From positions 378,679-442,678 of the forward strand of contig NW_002060950.1 of assembly GCF_000150275.1 (NCBI RefSeq): DNA of 64,000 nt. The letters are read 5' to 3'. The notes below the pieces were generated by a model, which made no database searches, was not told the DNA's origin, and saw only the letters and a list, made by a program, of their open reading frames with translations. Of this stretch, positions 1-12,599 are shown in pieces. A program made the position numbers and the translations under genes. How positions within the stretch are numbered: the first letter of the stretch is position 1; the number at the start of each line of letters is the position of its first letter. The stretch is from Trichoplax adhaerens (taxonomy: Eukaryota > Animalia > Placozoa).

Positions 1-3000
1 TATGGTTCAACAGCAGCCTGTTCTATTTACTGACATTATCTCACGTAAGATATCATTACACAATCGCCGTTATATATCTATCAATATATAAATAATAATG
101 TAATGACAATATATAGTTTTGCCCATATTTTATGAAATCTTTCACTCCTACACTATGTTATCTAAAAACGATATTATACGAACACCATAGTTTTGCATGC
201 GTATGATTAAGAGCCAATACTATATAACGAAAATCTAAGTCTACTAAAAAGATAATACCTTACTTAGAATAAACACAGGAGGGTCTATAAACGCAATAAA
301 TTATTTGTTTACTTGGTAGATATAACTACAACACTACTGTAAATTTTAAGAAAATCCATGAGATCAACAAATTTCATCGTAGCAATAGTTCATACATTTT
401 ATTTATACTATTCAATTCCGACTTTCGCTGCTACAATATAATTGCGTGTTCTCCGTATTGATCACCAGTCTATTCTTTATTTGCTGTTTAATGCTATCAT
501 GCTGCATTGTGGTACTTATTGTAAATGCAAGTTTTATAGGACATTGCTATTCATATGGCGTTCCTTCGCATTGTTAATCAAAGCACTGATGCTATAGTAC
601 TTTAGTTTTTTGATCCAGCTGCAGCGAAAGACAACACAAGTTGAAAACAATTAATAAATAAAATTGACAAACTCAATCCCTGGTCAAATCATTGAATATT
701 AACGCGAATGTATTGTTGAATAATAATACGGTTACTCTGTAGATACAACTAGGCCACCAAACCCCGACGAAATTGATGGATTGGATTACTTCTTCGTCAA
801 ACGTGAAGATATGAGTATCGATGCACGAAATGGAGAATTTATCGAAATACATTTCTTAGGAGATGGCAACGATATGATTGGTATTTCTTATACTGCTTTT
901 GAATATGCTACCAAGACTGGAGCCGAGAATATACTTGTATCTACTGATGTTGAAGGTATGTTCAAGTATATTACTACATGTATAATTCAATATTGGCATC
1001 TATTGAAATTCTATTCTTTAGAACTGTTATATTAACCTAGAAGGGACATTTTACAATAAATTTAGGAAATGAGCTGGTAAATCATTTTTCATTTTTTAAA
1101 TGTATTTATTTTACTTATCCGCTACGTAAGGTATGAAAGGCTTGCATAGCGCTGGATTTGAGGCTTACTACATCCATATTACGGTTAGAATTGATCTTTA
1201 TCACCATTATAACTCTTTGTCTGCTATTTCAATTGTATTATTTTTTAGTTTTATTGTCCATATTTGCAGATGTTTACCTTCTTGCTATTGATTTCTTAAT
1301 TTCGTTGCTACATAAGCGACTGTTATATTGAAGTGAATTTCAATTGTCTACCAAGTTATCAATTAAATTGACGACAATTATTGCATTTGACTATTAAAAA
1401 CTTAGGACGGGAGCGATTACGACGATATACCTGATAGTTATTATGCCAAAAGACTTGCAATTGAACCAAACTTATACAACGAAGTTTTACAACTTGCGAT
1501 GGAAGGTAGATGAAATGATAAAGTTGATAACTTTCGAGACAATATCTGTTTCTATCCTAAATATTGATGATATAAAATTTTTAATCGAATGTATTAGTTT
1601 TCTTTTCATACTGTGTAACTTGCATAATTACTACCCTAGTTTCGGAATCAGAAAATGCAAACGGTGAACTTCCGTTAGCCCAAGCAATCTCGGAATGGGA
1701 TGCCGTAACAGAGGCTCAATCCGGTAACAATGGTGAAGGTGCGTTAAAGTTAGATATACAATTTCGTAATGTTACCTTTACTTTTGATGTATTTACATTG
1801 TTCGACTTGTTATCGATCACGATTTCGCTTCGTAAAATTAGTTAATTACACTACTTTATACGATTTATATTAGAACTAGCAAGAACTCAAAATCAAGCTC
1901 TATTAATGTCGTTCGAAGACGCTCTCAATTTTGCTAAACAACAGAATCTAGAAATATATGCAGTGAGTACTTAGAATTTATATTTATTGATTTTAATAAC
2001 TTGTTATATAATTTGATTGTAATAATTAGTTAAGTAAGGAGTAATTTTACTTTTAACTATAACTAATAAAATATCAAAGTAAAATAAATTTAGGCGTATC
2101 GCTTACATTAAATTGACTTTTCAATATATTGTATTATTGAGAATGAGTATACTAAATACTTAATAAAAGATTCAGTTACTGCTGCTTTTAATACACTGAC
2201 TTCAACTTTTATTGATACTTAATAGAAGAATATAAAGTCAACTATACCTCGAGGAGGATTTGCGTCGATTTTAAGAAGCGTGGTAGGGCCACCAAAATTA
2301 TCCAAGCATTTACATGAAGAAAGAGACTTCGTATTTATTTTGGCTCAATGTAAGGAGGCTAACGACTATGAGAAACAAATTGGAATTCATTGACTACTGC
2401 CTATGATATTGCTGAATGATCATTTAACCTAATTTATCAATACTGTAAGGGCCATTTGACAATGAAATGCCAGAACATTTCTGGATCTTACAAACGATTT
2501 ATAAGAAGTTGACTAGTAAGCATTAAGCCTTTTATAAAATAAAATAACTACGTTATGGGTCAATTCGACTGCATCCACCTTTTCTCAAGATGCTATTGCT
2601 AATTTTCAAATGTAAAATTGTCATAGATGTTAGCCATAACTGTCAAAGATACGGTAATCATTGGCAGGATATAGGGTTTCAAGGTAAGATTTTGAACAAA
2701 CTAAGTTGTACGTAACGTACAGTAACTACACTGTCAATAAATTGAATATTAGCACAATCAGCGATATTAACTGATACCTTTAAGTCTATTTCAACGCTTA
2801 AGAATTAACTATTACAGCACATGTTCTATACAATACTTTTAAAAGCAACCTAAATTTCCTTTGTAGGTAGCGACCCATCCACCGATCTAAGAGGTTGCGG
2901 ATTCTTAGGATTATTAACTACTCTCTACTTTGTTACCAATCCTGAACTTGGCCGATTGACAAAAGATATTTACCGCCTTTCGCAACATGAAACCCAGGTA

Positions 3001-5232
3001 TCATCGGCAATAATAAGCTATTAATACTCGATTTTATCTTTCATATTTTTATGTAATAAATTATTCCTACTGATTAAAATGTTCAAATTGAATACTTTCA
3101 TTGTAGAATTTTCCCTTTTGTGCTATGTCTATAAACATGTCCAGAGTAGCGATGCATGCACTAAGAGAAGAAATGTTAACAAGGTATCGATTTTGTAGTA
3201 CATAAAATTATTTGAAATCGTGCCGTATCGATATGCATTATTATGTACTACTTGGCTAAAAAGGTGTTGATTACTTACTGTAGAGTGAATTAAAGCTACT
3301 TCACGATTTTAATATTATCTTCAGATTTTCAACAATTTTAATGACATTATTAATAATCCATTATATTATGAGTACTTTTAATGCACAATGCTAATTCGAG
3401 GCTTTGAATTATAGAGAATGCAACAGAAACGGAAATGTTATTAATGTGTTCTGTGAATTTTATGCTGCTGTCTTCTATTATATGTATCAGTTATGGTTGG
3501 TATCCAAATTGTTGATCTTTTTACTAGCTCTTACACTTTGATATGCACAATCACTTGAGTTAAAATAAATCTATTTTAACTTTTAATTCACAGGAAAAAG
3601 CAGAAAAAGACTATAGCTGATGCAGGTTTCCTAATTAATGGTAAATATTGTTTATAATTGCAATTCATTAAGATATTAGTTACGTCTCGATAGAGGAAAA
3701 TAACTTTAAACCTAGATAACTGAAAATACGAATTAATCTTATTAAGATTGAGTTATTCTTAATCCCCTATAGCCGTGATTTATTCCTTGATATTTCTTTT
3801 ATTTTGATAAAATTTAAGAACATATTATCCATAAATTTATTCTTAATTATTTATAGATGTATCAACTTCTGCAAAGAAAAATCCAGCTAAAATATTAAAA
3901 AAATTTCGAACAGCCGTTAAATTATTAAGCGATGATCATAGGCAATTACCAGAAGTACCAGGCAGGCTAAACACAATGCCTGACGTTTATGGGATCCAAT
4001 ATCAGACAGGTAGCTTCCAAGAGAGGGAAGTTGTTGCTCGTGATACTACTAGCATATCCGCTTCATCGGAAGATAACGAAGTCCGAGATGATGAACAACA
4101 AGAAGATGATGCTGCGCATGAAAACCAAGTTAGTTCGGAAGTAGTTCAAATCGAACACCAAGGAAGAAAGTCGACGGTTGATGATTTTAGAGTGAAGGGT
4201 ACCGACATTACTAGCAACACTCAACATTACGTTAAAAGTGAAGTAGTCAGTGATCCCTCATCTCTATCAAAGACTCACTCTGTGGTCTCTAACATATCCG
4301 ATAGCTCATCTTCTGATTCACAAGATGATCATTATAAGCCTGAAGTTAATAATCTAAAAAATTATGATGGATCAGATAACATTCATAGGGTGTCATCCGG
4401 GCGTGAAGCATTGGATGTTACAGAGACTGCAAGTAATCCACGATCTGTGCATATCAAAGATCAATCATTGTCAGATATTGGGGTAGTTATTAGAGAAGAT
4501 GATCCTGGCAAGGTTGATAGTCAAGATTCACTGAAATTTTCTCACGCTTCCAAAACTCTAATCAATGGTAGTGATAAAGTAAATGATAAAAGCATGGAAG
4601 ACAAGAGAAAGACTAGCAACCCAGGATATAATAATACCGATAGAAATTTTATGAACGCGATTTCATATCGTAATGGTAGTTCAAAGATTCAATACGAAAA
4701 TGAGCGTGCTGTTGATACCAATAATGTTGAAGATTATACTGGTAAAGGTTCGCAATATTCTGCTAATGGCGCAATAAATTCAAGATATACTGAGACAGTA
4801 CCTTCAACAGACAACCATGCAGTAACAGTTCATAAGAAATCAGAAATGAAAACTCCCATGAATGGTGCTGACATAAAATATAGTGAATCTAGTAAATCCG
4901 AGATGTCGCGGAGTAATAATTCTTCCATAAGTGATATGACAAAGTACGCAATCGCACCAGAATTTAACGGTTCAAGAGAAAATAGTTTTGATATTGATCC
5001 TAATGTCGAAATCACCTTACAAGTAGATAGTAATATTGACTCTTATTCATCGTCAGATTCTAATAATTGGGATAAAAGCTCAACTCATTTACTCCGAGGA
5101 AGTAGCACAGATTACAACACAGTTGCAGAATCTACTTCTATTAAAGCTAATCAATCAATTATCGAAAAACGAGTATACGATAATGAGGAAGACATCGATG
5201 ATATTGAATACCTGGACGACGATTGCGTCTAG
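1..5232 (+). CDS. ELMOD3: ELMO domain-containing protein 3 (ELMOD3-like Arf/Arl GAP) with an N-terminal guanylate-kinase-like domain and a long S/D/N-rich C-terminal tail; ~14 exons, probably 5'-truncated by the window edge
   Basis: Phase-consistent GT-AG exons at ~1-44, 743-955, 1131-1183, 1406-1505, 1640-1738, 1874-1962, 2226-2349, 2450-2515, ~2627-2683, ~2867-2997, ~3108-3183, ~3415-3495, ~3593-3640 and ~3857-5232. The translation includes [82 protein letters not shown], ECNR and KTIADAGF, which I recognise as colinear with ELMOD3. The last exon contains ORF 3976-5232. Confidence 0.88.
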
Positions 5233-6794
5233 AAATACTGTTGCTCGAAGCATACTATGGACAGAACGGAATTTTTGTATTAATCATTTATCAACGCTTA
5301 AAATTTGCTTTTAAAATACCGCTTATTTTGTATTATATCGAATTTTTTTGTCAATTTTATTCTGGATATGCAAAGTTTTTACGTGTGTATATGAAGAGAA
5401 GGATCGAGTGTCCGAATATTTGTGGATTATCTCATCTTCATACAATATACTTACTATATACATTTTGAATTATTTAATCTCTAATACTGATTATTGTTTT
5501 TAATATAAACTAATACAACAAGAGAAAATTAAAGGTTAAAAGTAGCCTTAAATATGTCACTATAAAATATCTCAATATCATATTAATAAGAAAACCTTAC
5601 ACCAACCAATTTCAATTTAGTGCTCATAAAATTTTCTGCCTTAACCAGCAATTTTGATGTCAATAACGTTTAAACTGTTGTCTTGGTAGCTTATACGTTA
5701 TCCCTATATAGACGTATGGGGACGTAGTTAGTTTATAAATTATCTATTTAAATTGTTGCGTGTGAAGGCCACATCTTTTAATTATTCCATCCATTAGTTT
5801 GTCATAGCCATTCAACTAAGGCTTAATATTGTATATTTTGTTCGTCAAGATTGAATAACAACGGCTATTGCAATAAAATCTTAGAAGTTATTATTAAGTA
5901 ATAGGCCAGCAGAAAAATTTTAACTTTCAATTTGAACAACTATGTTGCCCAATGTGACAATAATTGTAATTGTACATAAATATATCAAGTATACATATGT
6001 AACATATACATTCATTCAACATTTATGTTTGTATCAAAAGTTTGTTTAAGTAACGTATGCAATACTATTAAACGATTAAGATTTTTTAATCAGTTTATAG
6101 CTCATGTATTGCCCACCTATACGATAAAAAATCATTATCTGTTTGGGTAGTCAGTTACAATGCTAATATGTTTGAAGAAGTTACGAATACAGCTATGCAA
6201 TTTATGATCTTGCGCATATGGCTTTATTAATTTATAATGTGATCATTGACAATCCGGTTACTTGACGTAGCCGATCACCCTTAGCTCTAGTAGTCCATCC
6301 AAAAGTACCTGCATACGCGTAGCTAGCAATGAGTTTATGTTGCCATTAAGCCATCAGATAATATCTAATTAGCTGCCACTAAATAGTAACAATAATTAAA
6401 CAAGAGATGCAGTACTGTACTGAATACTTGTAACTCCAGGGACTAATCCAAGTAAAAGTAGAATATGACTTACTACCGTAGTCTCCACTACTGTAGACTA
6501 GCTCAATAACGAGCTAAAGTCGGGTTTTTTAATTTAATTTATTTAGTCTATTGTATCGCTATTGAACCCTTTGAGTGACTGATATGTTGAATAAAATTGG
6601 CGACTCGGAGCACTGTTTGAGCAGTATCATTTTTACTTTGAACTACTAACGCCATCGATCAAAGCCAACAAGCACCATCATGTATGTATTGGATAGTTCA
6701 GTCTTTCAGGCTCGCAACACGGTCTAAACCGTATCGTCGCTACTGCCTGTCTGGCCTCTATCAAGGACTGGATGAGAAAATTCTTACTATACTC

Positions 6795-7410
6795 AGTGTA
6801 CTGTCTACTGGGAGTGTACACGTACGTAAAGTAGGAGGTAGAGTCGCCACTTAGAGGTCAGTACTGTACACTGTACAGCGTGTCGAATTTCGACTTTCCT
6901 CTTTCTACACGTGTAAAATTTCTTAAAATTTTATACATGGAGAAAGAGGAAGGTCTAAATGCTACTGATTTATCAAAAACTCAATAGAATCCATCAATTT
7001 TGGGCACTTTTATTTCATTTTGAAAAATCTGAATACTGTAGAATTTCTGTTCGCTGTACAGTACAGTACAGAGGTGAGAAGAAGAGCTTGACACTGTACA
7101 GTACTGTACTAGTGTACTGTACAGTATGTACTGTACCTCTACCGCTTCCAGTAAGCGGAGAGTACAGTACTGCACACGCGTAGTCCTTGTACAGTACTGT
7201 ACGGTACAGAGGTTAGAAGAAGAGCTTGACACTGTGCAGTACTGTACTTCTACCACTTCCAGTAAGCGGAAAGTACTGCACATGCGTAGTCTTTGTACAG
7301 TACAGTACAGAGGTGAGAAGGAGAGCTTGACACTGTACACTGTACTGTACTGTACTGTACCTGTAACTTACTGTCTGTAAGCCTGGAGCACTGCACATGC
7401 GTAGTCCTTG
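6795..7410. promoter_or_regulatory. CAGTA/TACTG-rich cluster containing 3 tandem ~105-130 bp units, upstream of CLINT1 (putative promoter)
   Basis: Units start near 7056, 7188 and 7294. All three share GTACAGAGGT(G/T)AGAAG(A/G)AGAGCTTGACACTGT and ACTGCACA(C/T)GCGTAGTC; units 1-2 also share CTTCCAGTAAGCGGA. The cluster ends ~220 bp before the ATG. Promoter role is inferred from position. Confidence 0.6.
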
Positions 7411-7626
7411 CTGTCGAAACCGCTGCTAGCAGGAGTCTGGACTGTCTGGTGGACAACCATCAAAAAGGCTACGCCTAGAAATTTCAACTGGCCGGTCGAA
7501 TTAGGAAATCCAGTGGGCATCGGATCCTGTGTTGCCTATTTGATATCGACAAAATATCCTCAACATCCTCGCTCATCTTCCAGCTATCATTAAGCATTCG
7601 ATCGTGCACAGAATTCCCGTTCCAAA

Positions 7627-10600
7627 ATGCATCATTTGCAAAAGATCCAGGACAAGCTGTAAGAGTTGTATTGCGCTAGCGACATCACTACCACCTCCGA
7701 TAATATTGTACTGTACACTGTACAGTATAGTAGACAAGTTGATGGAGTAGTAGGCAAAATGGATATGACACCTTGAGTTCCATCTGTTGCCGCCGTACCT
7801 TAATTAAAGTAATCTTCATTCAGGAAAGCTATCCATAATGCCAAAGACGAGATATACTTTATTTTAGTGACTAGAAAGCCTTAGTTAAGACCTTATCGTA
7901 TAAAATTTCTAACAAATAGATCAGAAACAATTTATACTTTTGTCTACGATGTTGTTTGCAACGACGATCGATGTCGAGGAAGTAACGTAGATTTTGTTGC
8001 TGTAGCTTTAGTTATTATCAAGCTTGATATCTGTCTTCTTTGACTCTAAAAGTGCGAGTAGTAGGATGTAGAGGAACAGATACTTGTGCATTATTTTCGT
8101 GAATGAATAACCTTTACTGTGTATCCATTTAGCACCGATGTGGTGATGAATTACTCAGAAATTGAAAAAAAGGTTAAAGAAGCAACCAATGATGAGAAAT
8201 GGGGTCCCCATGGTAGCCTTATGTCAGAGTTAGCCAAATGTACTTTCACTTATGAACATTATCCAGAGTTAATGTCTATGTTATGGAGACGAATGTTTAA
8301 TGATAAAAAAATTTGGCGTAGAACATACAAGGTAAGCCTTGATACGATCTAGGAGATCATTGAAAAGACACTTCCTACTCTACTCGATGACCTAATTCAT
8401 TTGTAGTTTATTCGATATCTTCTCATCAACGACTCTACTGTAGTCATGAAAATAATCGTCTTTGACGTATTGTAACTATTATATCAACAGCTAATTTTGA
8501 TATTATTTTTTCTTTACCAACTGCGACTTTGGCAATGTTCTGCTTTACCCATGGATAACTACCAACCTTAGTCTCTCCTTCTACTTGCGTATTTAATAAG
8601 AAATGGGTCAGATCGTGTAGTGAACAACGCTAGGGAGCATTTATACGATTTAAGAAATTTAGAAAACTTTCAGGCTTTCGATGAGTTTGGTAAAGACCAA
8701 GGAATAAATGGTAAATGAATATCTCAATTTTTCTTGTCTTTAAAATAATCTTCCTATCTAGTATACTTCTGTACACAATCTCACCTACTATATGATACTC
8801 CTTTCCTTATTGCGAGTCTCACTAGACTAGCACCTACCTTTGTCAGTTCATAAGCGCTACCTTTCCGTCAAAAAATAAGTATAGTGTGAAAGCTCTTACC
8901 TTACATACTGTATGATATGATCAAGTAGAATCCTGTAATGATTCTCATTTCTCGACAATTCTTGACTAAGCAGTACACCGTAATTGCATGCAGTGTTCAT
9001 AATTGACAAGTTCTGTCAATAAAAACGCATTCAGATCTCGCATACAAGTAGTACTGTGATTATACCGTACTTGCAAATGTTGTACGATACTAATAAATGA
9101 TTATTAGTACAGTAGCAAACAGTTGCGATTACTTCTACCGTAATTTAAGTTTACCTAGTCATAACTCTTTTACTACATGCATGGCATTCCTAATTAGCAT
9201 TTCGTGACCGGATGCCATTATTGTTTTTCAGTTCGACAAAAGGTCAAAGAAATCATCAATTTACTACAGGATAACGAACGACTCCGTCAAGAACGTAAAA
9301 ACGCTAAGAAAACCCGCGACAAGTACATTGGGGTATCATCAAACGATTCGCGTTGGGGTAAATCATTTATTAGCTTGCAATCTTTCAGTACGAAAGATAC
9401 CAAGATTGTAAAACTTTCACATTAACTAATATACTGTATAAATATTATACTGTGCATTGGCATAGTATTCCAACATTGAACAATTTAATTATATGTCTTT
9501 GTTAACTTTTTATTATGAAATCACTTGACATACACAATTTATTTCCAAGTTATTGACATTTCATTCCGTTTCAGTCTGTTCAACTTGTCATCTTAACAAG
9601 TATTAGTAATCAATAACAAATTTCTTATTGATGGAAATCGAATAAGAAAATTATTGTAGTTTATCACGCTATTACTTACAGCAAAGGAGTAAAAACACCA
9701 CAAGAAATGTTGCATTGATTTGATAGTAAAGACATACAGTAAACAGTTACCGGTATATTTACTAAGTATACTCGTTTATCCGTATGCTTACGGTAACATT
9801 GCTCATATAGTATACTTCTAGTAGTAGCGTACTGCAATTGACGTATTATCGATAAGCAGCCATTTTTAAGTGATCGACGGAAATAATGAGAACATATGGC
9901 ACACAAAATATCTACCGTTATATTTTAAAAAATACTCAAATATTATAATACGATATGGCAACATTCTGCTCCATTAGAGTTGGACATTGATCAAATTATT
10001 GAAAGATAACATTTTAGCAGTTCTATTCTGTATCATGTCAAATCTGGTAAAGTATTCTTTCTTTACCTCATAATAGGATCGAAAAGTCGATACGATACTT
10101 CGGATGATTACGATTTTAGAAAACCACGTAGTGGTGGCCGATTTGAATATAAAGACGAATCTGGAGATGAATCTGGGTAAAACATTTATTTTATCTATTA
10201 TGGCTTGATTCAAATTAAGTCATTAAAAATTTAAATTGGCCTTGCTTTTGCTGCTTATACAACGGTTGTGACAATCGAATTCATCATTTCTAATACAGTA
10301 AGGAAACAAAAGATGATAGCTATTCACCGCCAACTTCACAATCTGAGAAACCTGCTCGAGAAAAATCGAAAGCAAAAATATCTCTTGGGGCTGCAGCAAA
10401 TTTCGGAAGAACTGAAACTTCATCTGCGTCACCACCTGCCGCCTCAGCAGCTACGGAAAGTAGTTCTACTGCTGCAGAATCGAGTGCGAACGGTGACTTT
10501 GCAAATTTTTCTGCTATGCGTGCTAAAACCAGCACTGGTGATGAATTTAGTGATTTTCAGTCCAATGTATCATCAAAAACAGAGAACAACCATGGCAGTG

Positions 10601-11728
10601 GCGGGGACTTGCTGGGCGATTTTAGTGGTCTATCTGTTTCACAGGTTATTCTTTCTGAATACTTATGTGCAGTGATGCATTATTGATAAACATCATTCTT
10701 AACTACTTTCTGATAATGGTTATTTTTCACGAACGTATATTACTTTAACTTTGCTACCTTACAAATAATTTCTGGTAAATATTGGTCATTTTTTTGGATC
10801 ACAATAGACTTCTCAGTCGTCAATGTATAATTCTGCCCAGATACCTCAAATGCAGCAATCGCAGCAAATGTTTAATGCTCCTCAAACTGCAAGTGCTCAA
10901 CCAATGCAAGCATTCGGAGTGATGCAACAACCGCAGATAAATCAAAATTTATCTCAAGCAGGGCAGCCGTTAATGGGTCAAAGCACTCAACCGATGCAGC
11001 AACCTCCAATGGGCCAGCCATCTCAGCAGATACAACAGCCACTAATGGGACAATCATCTTATGGTATGCAATCGCCTTTAATGGGACAAACATCACAACC
11101 ATTACAGCAGCCTTTTATGGGCCAGATGTCTTCATCTGTGCAACAGCCTGTAACGGCTACTTCGGTCCAAGGATTCCAGCAGCCAATGATGGGACAGCAG
11201 ACATCTCAATTCATGCAGCAGCCGATGCAACAGCAAACAGGATTTGCCGGACCACAACCGAGGCAACCTGTACAATCAAACTCTTTTCAAAGTATGGCAA
11301 ATAGAAACAAAGGGAAAACTGATTCACAGACAAATCAAAATCAAGTAAGCCACGATAAGTACGCTATTTACTCTTTTTTGTGATTTTATTATAAAGGAAT
11401 TATCCTTTTATTTCAGGATCTATCCAAGACTGGTACAATCTGGTCAAACTCTAGCTTAGATATTAGTCTAGATGGCTTGAAATCGTCCGGTCAAAGTAAG
11501 CCACAACCCTCAGTAAGCATGAATCAAATGCAACAGAGCAATTTTACTGGTTTTCAGGGACCTCAGGGTTCAAATTTTAATCCATCAATGGGCAATATGG
11601 GTATGATACAGCCTAACATGATGAGTGGAGGCATGATGGGACAACAGCAACAAGTCATGGGAGGTAACTCTATGGGTGGACAAGGTTACGGTCAAAGACC
11701 TTATGGATACTACGGACAACAACGATAA
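7627..11728 (+). CDS. CLINT1: Clathrin interactor 1 / epsin-related protein (ENTH domain)
   Basis: ATG at 7627 (MHHLQKIQDKL). Exons at 7627-7658, 8133-8331, 8572-8710, ~9232-9357, ~10077-10176, ~10303-10644, ~10808-11344 and ~11417-11728. ENTH motifs VVMNYSEIEKKVKEATNDEKWGP, LLLLAYLIRNGS and GKDQGINVRQK. CLINT1-type ISLGAAA, DFANF/EFSDF adaptor-ear motifs, DLLGDF, WSNSSLDISLDGL and a Met/Gln-rich tail. Confidence 0.92.
10962..11195 (+). repeat. Coding tandem repeat (~12-aa period, QP(L/P/F/M)MGQ core) in the CLINT1 tail
   Basis: QPLMGQSTQPM / QQPPMGQPSQQI / QQPLMGQSSYGM / QSPLMGQTSQPL / QQPFMGQMSSSV ... QQPMMGQ within ORF 10823-11383. Confidence 0.8.
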
Positions 11729-12599
11729 ACCTCGTAGTTTCCGATGTAAATACTGTTAGTGATAAATCACGAATTGATTGTAATCATTGTATTGAGACAC
11801 TCTACAAGGACAGTAATTACAATTCTATTCTCCTACTGTATGGGCGCTTTTATATCGCCAAGTTTTGTAGTAAAATTATATATTGCAAAAATTTTCTACC
11901 CTAATTTAAAGACATAAACTGTATTGATAAAGATTTGAATATTAGATTTAGCCTTTGCCCATCCATTCGTGGATAACTAATTCGCAACATGAAGAGAGTA
12001 CTTGTAGCAAAGAACAAACCCAGTTTAACAAATAACCTAGAAAAATTCTAATTAATGTGCTGGCTAAATATTTTATTGCACTATTATGTGACGATACACA
12101 ATAACGATAACGTCCTAGTTTATTTTCAATATTCATGATGTACTTTAAAATGCAGTCAAAACTGATGATACTAAGTTTTCATGCAATGCTAAGGTATACA
12201 AGTGTCTTTTACCTAATTTGATCGAGCTGTGTCTAGATACGTTGTTAATCTTTACATTTATATAAGCTTGCATAATTTGTAATGAAAAATAAACTAGGTA
12301 AGGCTTTCGCTACTGTAAATTCTCAGTTTAAGAATGTACTATATAAAACTTGTATGTGTGCTTAGTTGTGAATGTATGAACTGCGTCGTACGTGATCCTA
12401 ATTAATTATAGTAATTGATTGTGCGTTAAAGTATGATTATGGCAATTAGAATAACTTCTTTATTTGATGAATAAACTTTTAATTTAAATTTGATCTGATA
12501 CTACGGATTATCAAAAATACGTAAGACTTATCAGAGCTGAATACCACGTTAGCGTCAACTCAGCATTAAAACTTACTTAATAATTATAACCAATTTAAA

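Noticed and set aside
5590-6800. Possible divergent spliced minus-strand transcript from the CLINT1 promoter (donor-like sites near 6787, 6473, 6307 and 5598)
   Set aside because: No consistent reading frame, and such donor words are expected by chance in AT-rich DNA. It cannot be supported without RNA data.
6959-7456. Overlapping ORFs on both strands rich in YCTVQ/STVLY
   Set aside because: These are translations of the CAGTA/TACTG repeat, which lacks stops in several frames. They are not proteins.
10268-10675. 135-aa ORF listed in the track within CLINT1
   Set aside because: Wrong frame. The real exon reads ...KISLGAAANF...DEFSDFQS...DLLGDF in another frame.
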